Below, one piece after another: positions 36,533 to 50,403 of a stretch of 64,000 bases of DNA; the first letter of the stretch is position 1; each line of letters starts with the position of its first letter. Both the position numbers and the translations under genes were made by a program. This DNA is from Octopus vulgaris (Eukaryota), in NCBI GenBank assembly GCA_951406725.2, contig OX597830.1:8184001-8248000 (forward strand), written 5' to 3'. The notes below the pieces were generated by a model. The model did no database searches, was not told where the DNA came from, and saw only the letters and a list, made by a program, of their open reading frames with translations.

Positions 36533-38419
36533 TGCGCCACCTATCAAAGCAACAAATTGTTTTTATTATATTTTTAATTTTTGTATTTTTAAATTAAAGT
36601 ATTAGATATCTTTTCCATGTGAGATACCTCCGAAACTGTGAGATACCGCATGCAAATTTGTTTTCCATAATATCTCCAACAAGTCTGAAATTGAAAAGTA
36701 AAAAGTCGTTTTTAAAAATAAAAATGCATTTAGATAAAGAATTTTTTTTTTCGTTTTGGGATTTGGTTTGCAAGATTCTTTATATGAGTTCGTGTATTGA
36801 AGCATATTCTGTTGTGTCTGGGGAGGGTCATTTTCTTTTTGTGCCTTATAATGTAATTTTACCGGTGAGTGTGTTACATTATAAGGCACAAATAGAAGAT
36901 GACTCTCCCCAGACACAACAGAATAATTTATTTTTGTTGGGTTTCTTATTTTTATTTATTTATTTTGAAGATTAATCAGGAAAACTAAAGGCAGCTGTAG
37001 GTACGGCATTTGCAAGATCGTAGCGAGGCCTAGATTCGAAACAAGTCAGGTTTACTAACTCGGTTCAAGCCATGCCAGATCAGACGACTACCCTGAATGC
37101 TAACCAATCGTCTTACAGCAATATCACCCCATATTATCGAAAATTACAAATGTTCCCGCGAAATGGGGGCTATAAAAGCGAAACCGCAGTCGTGCACACT
37201 AGAGAGAGAGAGAGAGAGAGAGAGAAAAGAAGAGCACGTCCATTTCTTGGATGCTACTCGATTCCTAAGTTAAAGAAATGGTCGACTATGAAGATCAGAG
37301 TCTTTTACTGTCACTCGCACGAAGCGATTCTTATCTACTATGAATTCAACTATGTGGAGGCACATGGCCTAGTGGTTAGAGCAGCGGACTCGCGGTCGAG
37401 GGATCACGGGTTCGAATCTCAGAGCAGGCGATGTGTGTGTTTATGAGCGAAACACCTAAGCTCCACGCGGCTCCGGCAGAAGGTAATGGCGAACATACAT
37501 GCATGCATACATACATACATACATACATACACACACATACATACATACTACACAGACATACAGATAGATAGATTTTTTTACACCACAGGAATCCATCGTT
37601 TGCACTTTAATATAATCGACGCAATATTATAGCCTCATCAGCGCCAAATTGCCGACTGGTTTCACACCAGAAGTTGAGAACCAAACCCAGAAGTCATCAG
37701 AAATGGCTGAAAGGAATGTTATGGCTTGGACTCTTCGCCACTGGAGACCTGAAAGTGTCACATTCTGTTGGCATGTCTTACGGCTGTTGTGAGAAGTAAG
37801 AACAAAATTCGTGGAAAAATTTCCTACAAAGGAATTATGACCCTTGATTTGGAATCACAAAAGGCTACCACAATATAAAAAATATTAGCTTGTAGCTGAG
37901 TCCGAGGTTCGGTTGGTATGAGGAAGAGATGCAGGTGAGTGGTGGTGGGAGATAGTGGAGAAGGATTAATTTTTTTAAACCATGTACAGTCGTGTGCGTG
38001 TTTTTGCTTGTATTTATCGAAGTTGAGCACGGCAAAGAGATTATGATGAGGGGAAACGCAGATGGGGGACGGTAGAGCTCCAACGTTTCTACACGTGACA
38101 GATCTAATGGATCTACCTGGCTGCTTGACAAGGAAACAAACAGGTAAATTCATTGTATCGATTGTTTATAAATCCGACCCATTTGACAGGTAAACAGAAG
38201 GATAAATTGCAAACTCAAAGCAGCCAAGGGAATTATAAGATTAAACTAAAGGGGAACTTTCATAAAGAAAAAGGCATTTTAAGATAACGAGAAATACGTC
38301 TTTAAGCAAGAAACAGAATCAATATTCCTTTCAAATCGTACCACGTTGTATGTACACGTATATGAGCCAATGAGGTATATACATATATATAAAACTCTCT
38401 CGAAACTCGATTCTATCGG

Positions 38420-38772
38420 TCACGAATGACTATGGGTGCACCTAAGAGGTTCCCCTCGGGGTACATGTCTGGGCGGAAAGTCGCCTCACCGGCGCACGCA
38501 CAGCCTCGGGTTGTTTTTATGGAAGACCAGCAGTCGCCCATGCATACAAAACTCCCCTCTCCACGCCACTGATGTTATCCAAGGGAAAGGCAAAGGGGCC
38601 GATACAGCTCGGCACCAGTGACGTTACAACTCATTTCTACAGCTGAGTGAACAGGAGTCATGTGGAATAAAGAGTCTCGCTCGAGAACACAACACGCAGC
38701 CCGGTCCGGGATTTGAACTCACAACCTCGCGATCGTAGGCTCGACGCTCTAACCACTGAGCCATGCGCCTTC
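38420..38772 (-). mobile_element. tRNA-derived SINE family E (copy 33705-34045 +; degenerate heads ~42480-42580 and ~43230-43365 -)
   Basis: ggcgcatggctcagtggttagagc A box, gagttcaaatccc B box, and a shared body ...cagctgtagaaatgagttg...gggcgactgctggtcttcca. Confidence 0.82.
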
Positions 38773-39058
38773 ACACACACACACACACACACACACACAA
38801 TACATTAGCTGCCTTCATATTCCATCCTGAAGATAGGCCTATTTTTTAAATATTCATTACATTGCTCGTGGGTGTATTTATCGTAGAACTTGTGGGTTTT
38901 TGAAGCTTTCGCTTTGATTTTTAACAAGCGATATCCTTACCCTTCTTTTCTCCAAATATTTTATATTATACCTGTACAGGTAGAAGTCTTGCTAGCCACC
39001 TCATTATTACTGTTTTTAACGGTAATAATACTTCATATATTTACTTTTTTATATGTGC

Positions 39059-39103
<45 letters not shown>

Positions 39104-39378
39104 GCAAGAGAGAGAGAAAGGGAGACCTATTTTAGCTAAAATTGTATATAAATAAATTTAAACAGCTTGCCTACACACGCACGCACGCACACACAAACGC
39201 ACAATAACGTCGTTGATAAAAATATGAGAGTCCAGCCGAATGAGTTTTAATCTTAAGACGTAATTTTAATCAGCAACTCAGCACGCTGTCCACATAAATA
39301 CATATATACATACATACAATCATACATACATACATACATACATACATACATACATACATACATACATACATACATACA

Positions 39379-39410
<32 letters not shown>

Positions 39411-39608
39411 CATATATATATATATATTTATATTGTTTTCCAAAATGGGGGAGAACACCTTTCTCCATGTGATCGGCTTGAAAAATTGTTAAGATACTAG
39501 GATATTTTCCTACTCTTCTTAACATGAAACCAACGGTTGCCTTAATTCACAAATAAAGGAATTATTTATTTACAAATGCAGTGTGCACTGATTCCAACGT
39601 TCTACACT

Positions 39609-39709
<101 letters not shown>

Positions 39710-39869
39710 ATACATACACACACATACATACACACACTCACACACACATACATACACACATACATACATACATACATACATACATACATGTGTGTCTGCA
39801 TGATCATCAATACCATCATAACAATAGTGAACAAGAACCAACACTACCATCACTGCCATTACAAATACT

Positions 39870-40395
39870 CCATCTTTCTTTACGTTCCTCTAATGAATTT
39901 ACCAACACATAATTGTTATTAAATAATATTTCTTTGAATTCATTATTACACAATGAACAATAATTACTCCCGATACAATATGATTTAGCCCTACAAATAA
40001 TCTCCCAAGTTAATTTATATTTAATAGATCTAGATTGAAGGTCCCAAATATATTTACTGAGACTTGTTGAATTTATAAGATTTTTATTCCTAAAAGAATA
40101 CATATGTTGAGCTACTCTTGATTTAATTTTATTCGAAGTGGACCCTATATAAATAGTGTTTAAATTATGATAATTCAAATTCTTATCATCTATTAAAGTT
40201 ATCATACACTTATAGACTACATTGTCTAAATTACAATTATTATTAAATTTACATGTCTTATCTACCAAATATATACGTTTAATCATTGTTAAATGTTTTA
40301 TATTTAATCTTTATATAAGATGTAATTTTTCTAGATGGTATAATTTAATTTTTCATTATTGAATTGATAAAAGGTGGGTTTTTTCTAATTTATAT
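39870..40395 (-). mobile_element. Penelope-like element fragment: GIY-YIG endonuclease remnant plus inverted pLTR-like segment (40291-40395)
   Basis: CNLDNVVYKC...IYIGST..KSRVAQH..SF...TSLSKYIWDL...WEII...CSLCNNE is the PLE-type GIY-YIG pattern. 40291-40395 matches the foldback arm at 1841-1950. Confidence 0.85.
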
Positions 40396-42762
40396 GTGTA
40401 TATAGGGAGAATTCACGATTAAAATAAAAGACGAAGACAGATGGTGTAGAAAACAAACAGATGTATTAATATAATGCTCGGGAATTGAAAAAGTCTTTAA
40501 CGTTTCGAGCCTACGCTCTTCTACAGAAAGGAACACAGAAAGAAACAAGGAGAGAAAAAAATGTGTGTAGAGGCTACCGATCTATCATGGCGAATGCCCG
40601 ACAGAAGGGTCACACAGGAGAGCTAAGAAGTTGGGGAATATATATATATATATCTATCTACCAGATCCATTCACAAGGCTTTGGTCGGCCCAAGGTTATA
40701 GTAGAAGATACTTGCCCAAGATGTCACGCAGTGGAACTGAACCCAGAACCATATGATTGGGAAGCAAGCTTCTTGCCACACAGCCGCGCCAGCGCCTATA
40801 TTCATCCTAGCCGCCAGACCACGCAGCAGTAGTTATCCAACAACAATGGTCTTGTGTTTTCCAAGGCCTTATATCATTGCGGACGAGTATATTCGATTTA
40901 ATCGATCCGTTACTTGACTGGTACTTTACCTAATCGATCCCAAGAAGGATGAAATGCAAAGTCAATCCCCGGCGGGATTTGAACTCAATGCCACCATGGC
41001 AATACCATTCAAGGTAATAGTTTGTTATAATCAGTAGAGTTAATTAATGCAAACATTGCGTTGTTATGTGTTGCGTCGCCTGGTGGTGGTGGCTGTGTTG
41101 GCGGTGGCTGTATTGATGGAAACTGAAGTGGCAGCGGCAGCGACGGCGGTGGTGACGATGGTAGTGGTGGTGGTGATGATGTTGGCGGCAGTTGTGATGA
41201 TGGTAGAAGCGGTTGTTGCGGCGGTGGCGACGGTGGTGATGATGCCAGTGGTGGTCGGTGTCCTTAGAACAACAATACAGTGGGTTTCAAGTAGCCACCC
41301 CTCCACCAACCCACAGCTCCACACTGGTCAATAGAAATTTGCTGATATAATCAGGTGAATCAGTGATTATAGGTAAGAAACACGATAATCCGGGTACAAT
41401 AGACACAGGTTTTCTATCGATTGACCACTGACATGTCACTGATAACTGGGTAGAAGCATGTTTGGGTGGTTCGCACGCTTGCCTAGCAACTACGGGGTGC
41501 AGGGTTCAAAACCCAACGCCTGGTACTTTGGACGAGTTTCTCTTTTCTGTTGTGACATCGGGTTGACAAATGGCTTTTGGGTGAAATTTGATAAATGGAT
41601 GGAATCTGAGTGGAAAGTCATGGGCAGAAATATCCCTGTTTAAGGATGATAGACTTTAATCCTTCGTCAGTTTAACACTCATAACTGGATTATGGGTGCC
41701 TTTAGCGAAATGCACCCTGTTGTAAGGATTATGGGTGGGTGAAATTACAGTTCTAGGTACAACTTATTCTCTTTTTCCTATCGGTTATTGAGCCCCTACG
41801 AAGGGCTACATGCATGGCCCCTTCTTCCTTGAATAAACTATAAAAATATTACTTAATTACATAAATATAGAGTGAAGTCAGTATGGATGTCAAGATGTTG
41901 GCAGAGGAAATCGTTTGTGTCCAGTCAAGTCCTGTTCTGTTCAATCAGAAGATGGAGAAGAACTATGTATGTTATAGCAGCAGCGCAAAAGAAAGAGTGA
42001 GAGGTTAAGAATGAAGGTGAGGGAAAGCGGAGGGGGGGGGGTAGTTTATTTATTCTTACACTAAGGGGCCGACAGCGAGTACGGCTCACAACCTCAAATG
42101 ATTTTCCTGGAGTAGCTTGAAACTACGATAAGCATAGAGACTGGAGCTGGAAGACTGGATGAAGCTGAAATAAGTTGTCGAAGTTATTGTTCCTTATTTC
42201 CAGATTAGATCTGGTCAAGCCTTTTTTAAAATCAAAGCATTCCAACCATGACTATTCCATTTCATTTGAACTTAGTATTTAGTAAACGTTAACGCCAGAG
42301 AAAGACTCTTTCCTGCAATGTCTTGCTTAACAAACTGCACAGATAAATCGTTTCTTGCGATCAATTGTTGTACATAATGCATGCTGTACGTCTCCTCGCT
42401 GCCTGCTTCAAATCGACATCGTCTGCTCACACCTGTACAGGTTTCTACACATCAAATGTCGAAGTGACCACAGAGCAACAGATGCAGTGTTTTGCTCAAG
42501 AGCACAACGCACCGCCTGCTCCGGGTATCGAACAAACGATCTCGCGATCGTGAATGCTAACCACTAGGCCACCCGCCGTCACTCGTAAATACTTTAGATA
42601 TTTAAACTGATATGTAGTTGTGGCCGAATAGTTTAGAAGTTCGCTTCGTTAATGTGAGGTCCAGGTAGGATCCCACGACGAGGGACAGCAGCCCTTGGTC
42701 ATTAATGCCTCAAGTCCTAGGATTCGTAGGGTTGGTTACCTGGTTGGCGTACGAAAAGAATG

Positions 42763-43146
42763 TGGACCGCAACCACCTTTGGTTGTTTTTTTTCTTTTTC
42801 TTCACAGAATCCCCCTTTTTCTAACACGGAGACTCTAATTCTACAAAAAATACCACACCCCACAAAACTCTTCAATTTTCACTTTTTTCAGAATTTTTTT
42901 TTTTTTTTTTTTCGAAATACGTAGAAAAATACAGAGATTATGATTCTGAAAAAAAAAACTGTAAAATTTCAATTTTTTTTTTAAAGTGAAAATTGAAGAA
43001 TTTGGTGGGTGTGGAATTAAAATTTTTAAATGCCTTTTTTTTTGTTACAGAATCAGAATCTCCCTACTCGAAAATGGGGGAGGGGGTCAGTAAAAAATTT
43101 AAAAAAGTAAAGAAAAGTAAAAATAAACCAAAGGGGGTGCGGTCCG
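42763..43146. mobile_element. MITE-like element with ~20-bp imperfect TIRs
   Basis: ggaccgcaaccacctttggtt / aaccaaagggggtgcggtcc around an AT-rich, partly palindromic interior. Confidence 0.6.
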
Positions 43147-44362
43147 CCTACCTGGTTTTCATGGCGCGTAAGTGACAGGGATCACAACATTGCCCCTTGA
43201 ATGGAGCACCAGTCCTTCGCAGGGTTTACTCATTTAGAGCTGTGTGAACTGAAGCAACGAGAAATGAAGTGCTTTGCTCAAGAATACAACGCACTTCCCA
43301 GTCTGGGAGTCGAAACCACAATCTTGCAATCATGGGTATAACACCTCAACCACTAGGCCATGCGAGGAATTTGTGGGCAAACGTTTTAGTTTGTTTTTTT
43401 CATAGCTTCAGTGAATTTGGATTGGCAGAAACTGTACTGAAGCCTTTCATGTGGATTGTATCTCTGAACTTCATCAGCGAAGCATGGCCAGTAAGGAGCT
43501 ACCAAAACCACAGAACAACTAGGAAGAAATATAGTTCCTGTGTGAAAATAATTTTCTGATTAGATCATTTAATATTAAAGGCAAGGAAAGAAAATCTCCC
43601 TGAGGAACCTTCTGAAGAAAAAACCGTCAAGGCAGCGAATTAACAGAATGGTTAGAGCGTTGTACAAAATATGCCTTGCGATAAGCATTCTGATTTTGTG
43701 CATTTTTCTTTTTTTTTTTTTTTTGCAATCTGGTTTCGAATCACGGACGGTCTGACGTTGCCTTTTCTTTTTCTTTTCTTCGAAGACCGATAAAATAAAA
43801 TACCAGTCTACTGAGGTAAAATCGATAAAGCATCAGTCTGGGTCCATTGCCGTATTTGCATCAGCTCTTCACGTTCTGAGTTCAAATCCTGCCGAGGCAT
43901 ACACGGGTACTTAGCCTATTCCGTCACCCGATTTAATATAACCACCCGGCCACCCGGTACTTGGGTGCCTGTAGAGAAGGAGTTCACCGTGTTGCAAACA
44001 TCAGGCTAGGTCTCCAATTTGAGCATACCACCTTCCTCTGTCCCTCAATCCCTCTTTTCCACCAGGCCTGGTGAGTCTGACAAGGCCCAAGGCTACTGTT
44101 TACCTTCTAAATAAACGATAAAAACAAAAGGGTAACATGTGGATTGTGACACCGAAATGAATTAGAAGGGGAGTAATTAGCGTAAATTAAAATTGCACTC
44201 TGGCATGGCTGTGTGGTAAGAAATTTACTTCCCAACCACATGGTTCCGGGTTCAAATCCACTGCGTGGAATCTTGGGCAAGTGTATTCTACTCTAGCCTA
44301 CGGTTGGCCAAGTGTTTGTAGGTGGATTTGCTAAACAGAAACTAAAAGAAGCCCATCGTATT

Positions 44363-44434
<72 letters not shown>

Positions 44435-44770
44435 TCGCCATGCTGGACCGCTGAAATCTACAAGATTTTTTTCATTTTCTCTGTTTATTTTCTCTTATTC
44501 CTTTCTGCTGAAGAGCGTAGGCACGAAACGTAAAAGACTTTTTCATTTTTACCGAGTGTCAAACTAATACATCTGCTTGTTGTTCATACACCTGTCTTCG
44601 TCTTTTGGTTTTTCGATAAATTTCAACTAAATGCGATTAAGGTGTAAGAAAATACTTACACTGCAAGAAATAAGAGCTAAACCGCTCTAATGTTGTAGTT
44701 AACACACGTGAATGAAAACATATACACTAACAAGGATCATAATCGTTCCAAAGGTATCGATCGAGAATTC

Positions 44771-44817
44771 GTAATACTGACGCGTCAGTTTCGGCATTTC
44801 CGTTGCCTCATCAGTAA
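44771..44817 (-). ncRNA. Type-I hammerhead, canonical core
   Basis: Minus strand: tta-CTGATGA-ggca(acggaaa)tgcc-GAAA-ctga(cgcg)tcag-TA-ttac. Helix I is weak. Confidence 0.72.
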
Positions 44818-45718
44818 AGACCGCTCGACTTCGGCTCTTTCTGGACTCGCCTCGCCATTAGTAATTATGTTTTGATCATCTAAATAATTGGATGATTTAG
44901 CGATTCACTTATATTACTCTTTTAAATTTTTTACTTGTTTCAGTCATTTGACTGCGGTCATGCTAGAGCACCACCTTTAGTCGAGCAAATCGACACCAGG
45001 ACTTATTCTTTGTAAGCCTAGTATTTATTCTATCGGTCTCTTTTGCCGAACCGCTAAGTTACGGGGATGTAAACACACCAGCATCGGTTGTCAAGCGATA
45101 TTGGGGGGACAAACACAGACACACAAACACATACACACACACATATATATATACATATACATATATACGACGGGCTTCTTTTCAGTTTCTGTCTACCAAA
45201 TCCATTCATAAGGCTTTGGTCGGTCTTAATAGGCTATAGTAGACGACACTTGCCCAAGGTGCCACGCAGTGGGACTGAACCCGGAACCATGTGGTTGGTA
45301 AGCAAGCTACTTACAACACAGCCACTACTGCACCTATATGTATATATAAAATTAATATGTATGGCAGTATGCAATGTTTCACCAAAAAGGATAATTACAA
45401 GTATGACTAAACGCGACTAGGGTGTTAGAAATATTTCGAATTGTTAATATAATTACGATTTCATTCGATTAAAAATTATTTTTAGTAAACCAAATAAACT
45501 ACGGAAGCCTCGACTGAACCACACACGCGCTCGCGGGTGCATACGCAGCGTGGGTGATCCGGTGTTATGTACAAACTGTCAATCATGTAACAATTGGTTT
45601 GTTAATCTATCCTGTGTCAACAGCGAGAGAGAGTAAAAGTCGTGACCTGCACAGAAGCTAAACTCGCTCGTCTGTCTCTCTATGTATATTGTGTGTGTGT
45701 GTGTGTGTGTATGTATAC

Positions 45719-45749
<31 letters not shown>

Positions 45750-45860
45750 TGTATGTATGTATGTATGTATGTATGTATGTATGTATGTATCTATAAATAT
45801 ATATATATATATGAACTTGTATAAGTATTTATAGCTTTACACTTATATATATATATATAT

Positions 45861-45899
<39 letters not shown>

Positions 45900-46402
45900 C
45901 ATACATACATACATACATACATACATACATACATACATACATACATACATACATACATACATACATACATACATACATACATACATACATACATACTCAC
46001 ACACATACGCACAGATATGAGTATGTCCATGTGCGTGTGTGTGTGTGAAATTGATTTCAATAATTTAGTTTCCGACCAGTCTAGACCCAGGCCATCCAGA
46101 ATATTGTTATCTTTTGAGACAGAGTGGCCCACACAAATAAGTGGAGTGTGGTTGACCAAAATGAATCCAGGTATCAGGTACCACCTGAAGACTATGAAGT
46201 CTTTTTCGTCTTTGGGTTGTTTTCCATCAGAAAACAAAGCAAAGAAGGAAAAGACCACAGTGTTAAGTAAAGTAGAATCAGTTGTGGCAAAGAATTTGAG
46301 CCGCGTTGGTCTTTAAATGATGTGAATTCATTATTTGTAGTGGATATATAGCACAGGGATCTGGATTTATGTGATTTTTAAACTTCAAGCCATCATTTGG
46401 TA

Positions 46403-46906
46403 ACCTTTTCTACTCTAGGCACAAGGCCCGATATTTTGGGGGAGGGGGCCAGTCGCATTTGAACTCAGAACGCGAAGACAGGCGAAATACTCATTTCTTT
46501 ACTACCCACAAGGGGCTGAACACACAGAGGACAAACAAGGACTGACAAACGGATTAAGTCGATTATATCGACCCCAGTGCGTAACTGGTACTTAATTTAT
46601 CGACCCCGAAAGGATGAAAGGCAAAGTTGACCTCGGCGGAATTTGAACTCAGAACGTAATGGCAGACGAAATATATATTTCTTTATTATCCACAAGGGGC
46701 TAAACATAGAGGGGACAAACAAGGACTGACAAATGGATTAAGTCTATTACATCGACCCCAGTGCGTAACTGGTGCTTAATTTATCGACCCCGAAAGGATG
46801 AAAGGCAAAGTCGACCTCGGCGGAATTTGAACTCAGAAAGTAGCGGCAGACGAAATACCGCTAAGCATTTCGCCCGGCGTGCTAACGTTTCTGCCAGCTC
46901 GCCGCC
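46403..46906 (-). repeat. Second head-to-tail SINE B array (two units plus alternative tail)
   Basis: Units at ~46492 and ~46676 with the same junction (gacgaaata|tatttcttt) as in 48625-49337. Confidence 0.88.
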
Positions 46907-47545
46907 TTAATATCATTTGGGTAATGGGTGATGGAATGTTACCCACACGAAATGATGAAGCGCTGCCGATGATATTGAAGATTAAAGTTTTTTTGGGGGG
47001 TGGGGGTGATCCCAGTAAATTAAGACTTGCCAGGAACTTCACAATTATCGACAGTCAATTTTTTAACTAACTAAATGATTAGTGAATAAGCTATTACACT
47101 CGTGGGGTGAGTGTAATAGTTGACCAGTGGACTTTCGGAATAGCTATTACTACTGCATGGAGAGAAGTACCAGAAAAAATTTACACGAAAACGACACAGA
47201 ATTTGAGGGTAAAAATGTAAAAGATTCAAATGTTTTGAACCAAAAAATGCTTTCACAGAAGGTCACAGCTACCCGATTCCTTGTCCTTTCCCTTCTCCAT
47301 GAGATAGTGAATGCTATTCTGAAAGTCCCTCGATCAATTATCAAACCCGTCTCACGAGTTCACTAGTTTATTTCCCAACCTTTGGTAAATATAAAAGGGG
47401 TTGTCGACGACAGTACCGCTTATAAAAGTACCACGTGTCATGTACTCTATTTTTGTCGTAATGGACTCTGAGGGTACTTGAGTTATAATAATTTATTTGG
47501 CATTCGAAGGATCCAGGATAGAACAGTATTGAAGATGAGGCCAAA

Positions 47546-47745
47546 CAAAACAGGAAAAATAATCCAGAATCCTTGTCCGGTACCAGATCGATGCCAAAAT
47601 CTAATCAGTTCGTGCCAGTCACGAGGCCAAACATCCCTGAAAGTTTCATCTGAATTCATCCAGCGGTTTTTGTGATATCTTGTCCACGGACAAACAAACA
47701 CGACCGAAAACAATACCTCCGCTTTCGCTAAGGCGGGGGTAATAA
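47546..47745. mobile_element. Helentron-associated (HINE/DINE-1-like) element end
   Basis: Terminal hairpin acctccgct...aggcggggt followed by aataa, preceded by a (caaa)n/gaaaacaata motif typical of these elements. Confidence 0.55.
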
Positions 47746-48343
47746 AGCCATGCTTCATTTATGGCTTAGTAAATAATAACAAGGAACCAAGAATAAACAA
47801 TATAATCATTAAAATAAGCGCGTAGATCGCACAAGTTTGGCAACCGCGAGTTTTGCAACATAAAGAAACTAAAAACTAACCTAAAATAATCGTCCTTGAC
47901 GTTGTGGATCACACGCCAAAGTAGCACCCAATTTTCGTCTTACTGTATTGTCTTATTGTATTTTTTTTTTAATACAACAAGTTAATAAGAAATATTATCT
48001 CAGGATTAAATCTTCAGTGAACTTGCCTTCCAAAGATGTATATACATTAAGTATAATACACACTTGGATATTTGAATCTAATACTACTTCTTTTGTATAT
48101 AACGGACTTACATGCATTTAAGATCACACACGGCACTTGTGTACGTATATATAAATATGTCTATATGTACATGTGTATGTATGTATGTATGTATGTATAT
48201 ATATATATATGTGTGAGTGTGTGTTTATGTTTATAGTTATATATTAATATGAATATATATGTGTATATCTATATATACATGTGCGTGAGTGTGTGTGTAT
48301 TTGTGTCTATTTATGCATATGTGGATACATATGTACGTATTTA

Positions 48344-48380
<37 letters not shown>

Positions 48381-48403
48381 CATATATATATATATATATA
48401 TAT

Positions 48404-48455
<52 letters not shown>

Positions 48456-48624
48456 GTGCGTATTTATGCATATATACATATGTGTGTGTGTATTTATGCA
48501 TTATATACATTATATGTATGTATGTATATATGTATATATAATACAATGAAACACTAGTAAATAATACAGTTTATAAAATGGAAATATTATCTGATGTGAA
48601 TTCGTGTGTATATTTTTATTATTC

Positions 48625-49337
48625 TTTTCTACACTAGGCACCATGCCCGAAATTTTGGTACTTAATTTATCGACCCCGAAGAGATGAAAAGCGAAGTCGA
48701 CCTCGGCTGAATTTGAACCTAAAGACAGACGAAATACCTATTTCTTTACTACCCACAAGGGGCTAAACACAGAGAGGACAAACAAGGACAGACAAACGGA
48801 TTAAGTCGATTATATCGACACCAGTGCGTAACTGGTACTTATTTAATCGACCCCGAAAGGATGAAAGGCAAAGTTGACCTCGACGTAAATTGAACTCAGA
48901 ACGTAGCGGCAGACGAAATACCTATTTATTTACTACCCACAAGGGGCTAAACACAGAGAGGACAAACAAGGACAGACAAACGGATTAAGTCGATTATATC
49001 GACACCAGTGCGTAACTGGTACTTATTTAATCGACCCCGAAAGGATGAAAGGCAAAGTTGACCTCGACGCAAATTGAACTCAGAACGTAGCGGCAGACAA
49101 AATACCTATTTATTTACTACCCACAAGGGGCTAAACACAGAGGGGACAAACAAGGACAGACAAACGGATTAAGTCGATTACATTGACATCAGTGCGTAAC
49201 TGGTACTTAATTTATCGACCCCGAAAGGATGAAAAGCAAAGTCGACCTCGGCGGAATTTGAACTCAGAACGTAACGGCAGACGAAATACCGCTAAGCATT
49301 TCGCCCGGCGTGCTAATGATTCTGCCAGCTTGCCGCC
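48625..49337 (-). repeat. Head-to-tail array of SINE B bodies, period 184 bp
   Basis: Units start at 48739, 48923 and 49107. There is a single head at 49290-49337 and an alternative tail at 48625-48660. Confidence 0.9.
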
Positions 49338-49364
49338 TTGTGCGTGTATTATTATTATTATTAA

Positions 49365-49407
<43 letters not shown>

Positions 49408-49518
49408 GTAGTTATGGAGCAATATCTGACCCTTCGCTAAACCCCCACAGTACTCCACCCCACTACATGTCACCCCCACCTATAAAAATATACTCACACA
49501 GTTTGGCATTCCTTACAC

Positions 49519-49673
49519 CAGTGGTTCCCAACCTGTGGTCCGTAAAGGTAGTACTGGTGGTGGTGGTGGTGGTGGGTGGGGTCCGTGGATACCTGTCAAG
49601 CTGACGGACCTTTCCATGAGAAAACATATTTCAATAAAAGGGTCCTTGGTAATGAAAAGGTCGGGAACCACTG
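49519..49673. mobile_element. hAT MITE
   Basis: TIRs cagtggttccc / gggaaccactg with a degenerate 8-bp TSD ccttacac / ctttacat. Confidence 0.8.
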
Positions 49674-50283
49674 CTTTACATGAATATTACACTAACCCCA
49701 CCACCTGATTAGTGCTATATTTTATTGACCCCGGAAAGAGTGAAAAGCCAAGCTGACCTCAGCAAGATTTGAACTCAGAACATACAGGTTCGTAGGTGTA
49801 TAGAAAACATCCTTTTATTTACTCTTTTACTTGTTTCAGTCATTTGACTGTGGCCATGCTGGAGCACCGCCTTTAGTCGAACAAATCGACCCCCAGGACT
49901 TATTCTTTGTAAGACTAGTACTTATTCTATCGGTCTATTTTGCCGAACCGCTAAGTTACAGGGACGTAAACACACCAGCATCGGTTGTCAAGCGATGTTG
50001 GGGACACACACAGAGGAGCACAAACACACACACACACACACATATACATATATACATATATACGACGGGCTTCTTTCAGTCGGGTTTGGTCGGCCCGAGG
50101 CTATAGTAGAAGACACTTGCCCAAGGTGCCATGCAGTGGGACTGAACCCGGAACCATGTGGTTGGTAAGCAAGTTACTTACCGCACAACCACTCCTACGC
50201 CTATTAATTGTTTTGTTTTTTGTTATCCCCAACACACGACCAATTCTTCTTCTTGTTATTGCTGTTTTATTGTAACTTTATTT

Positions 50284-50331
<48 letters not shown>

Positions 50332-50403
50332 GTTATTATTATTATGCAATTAATATCTTTTGTTGTCAGCGTTTAACCCGAGCAAAAAAAAAACAAAACA
50401 AAT

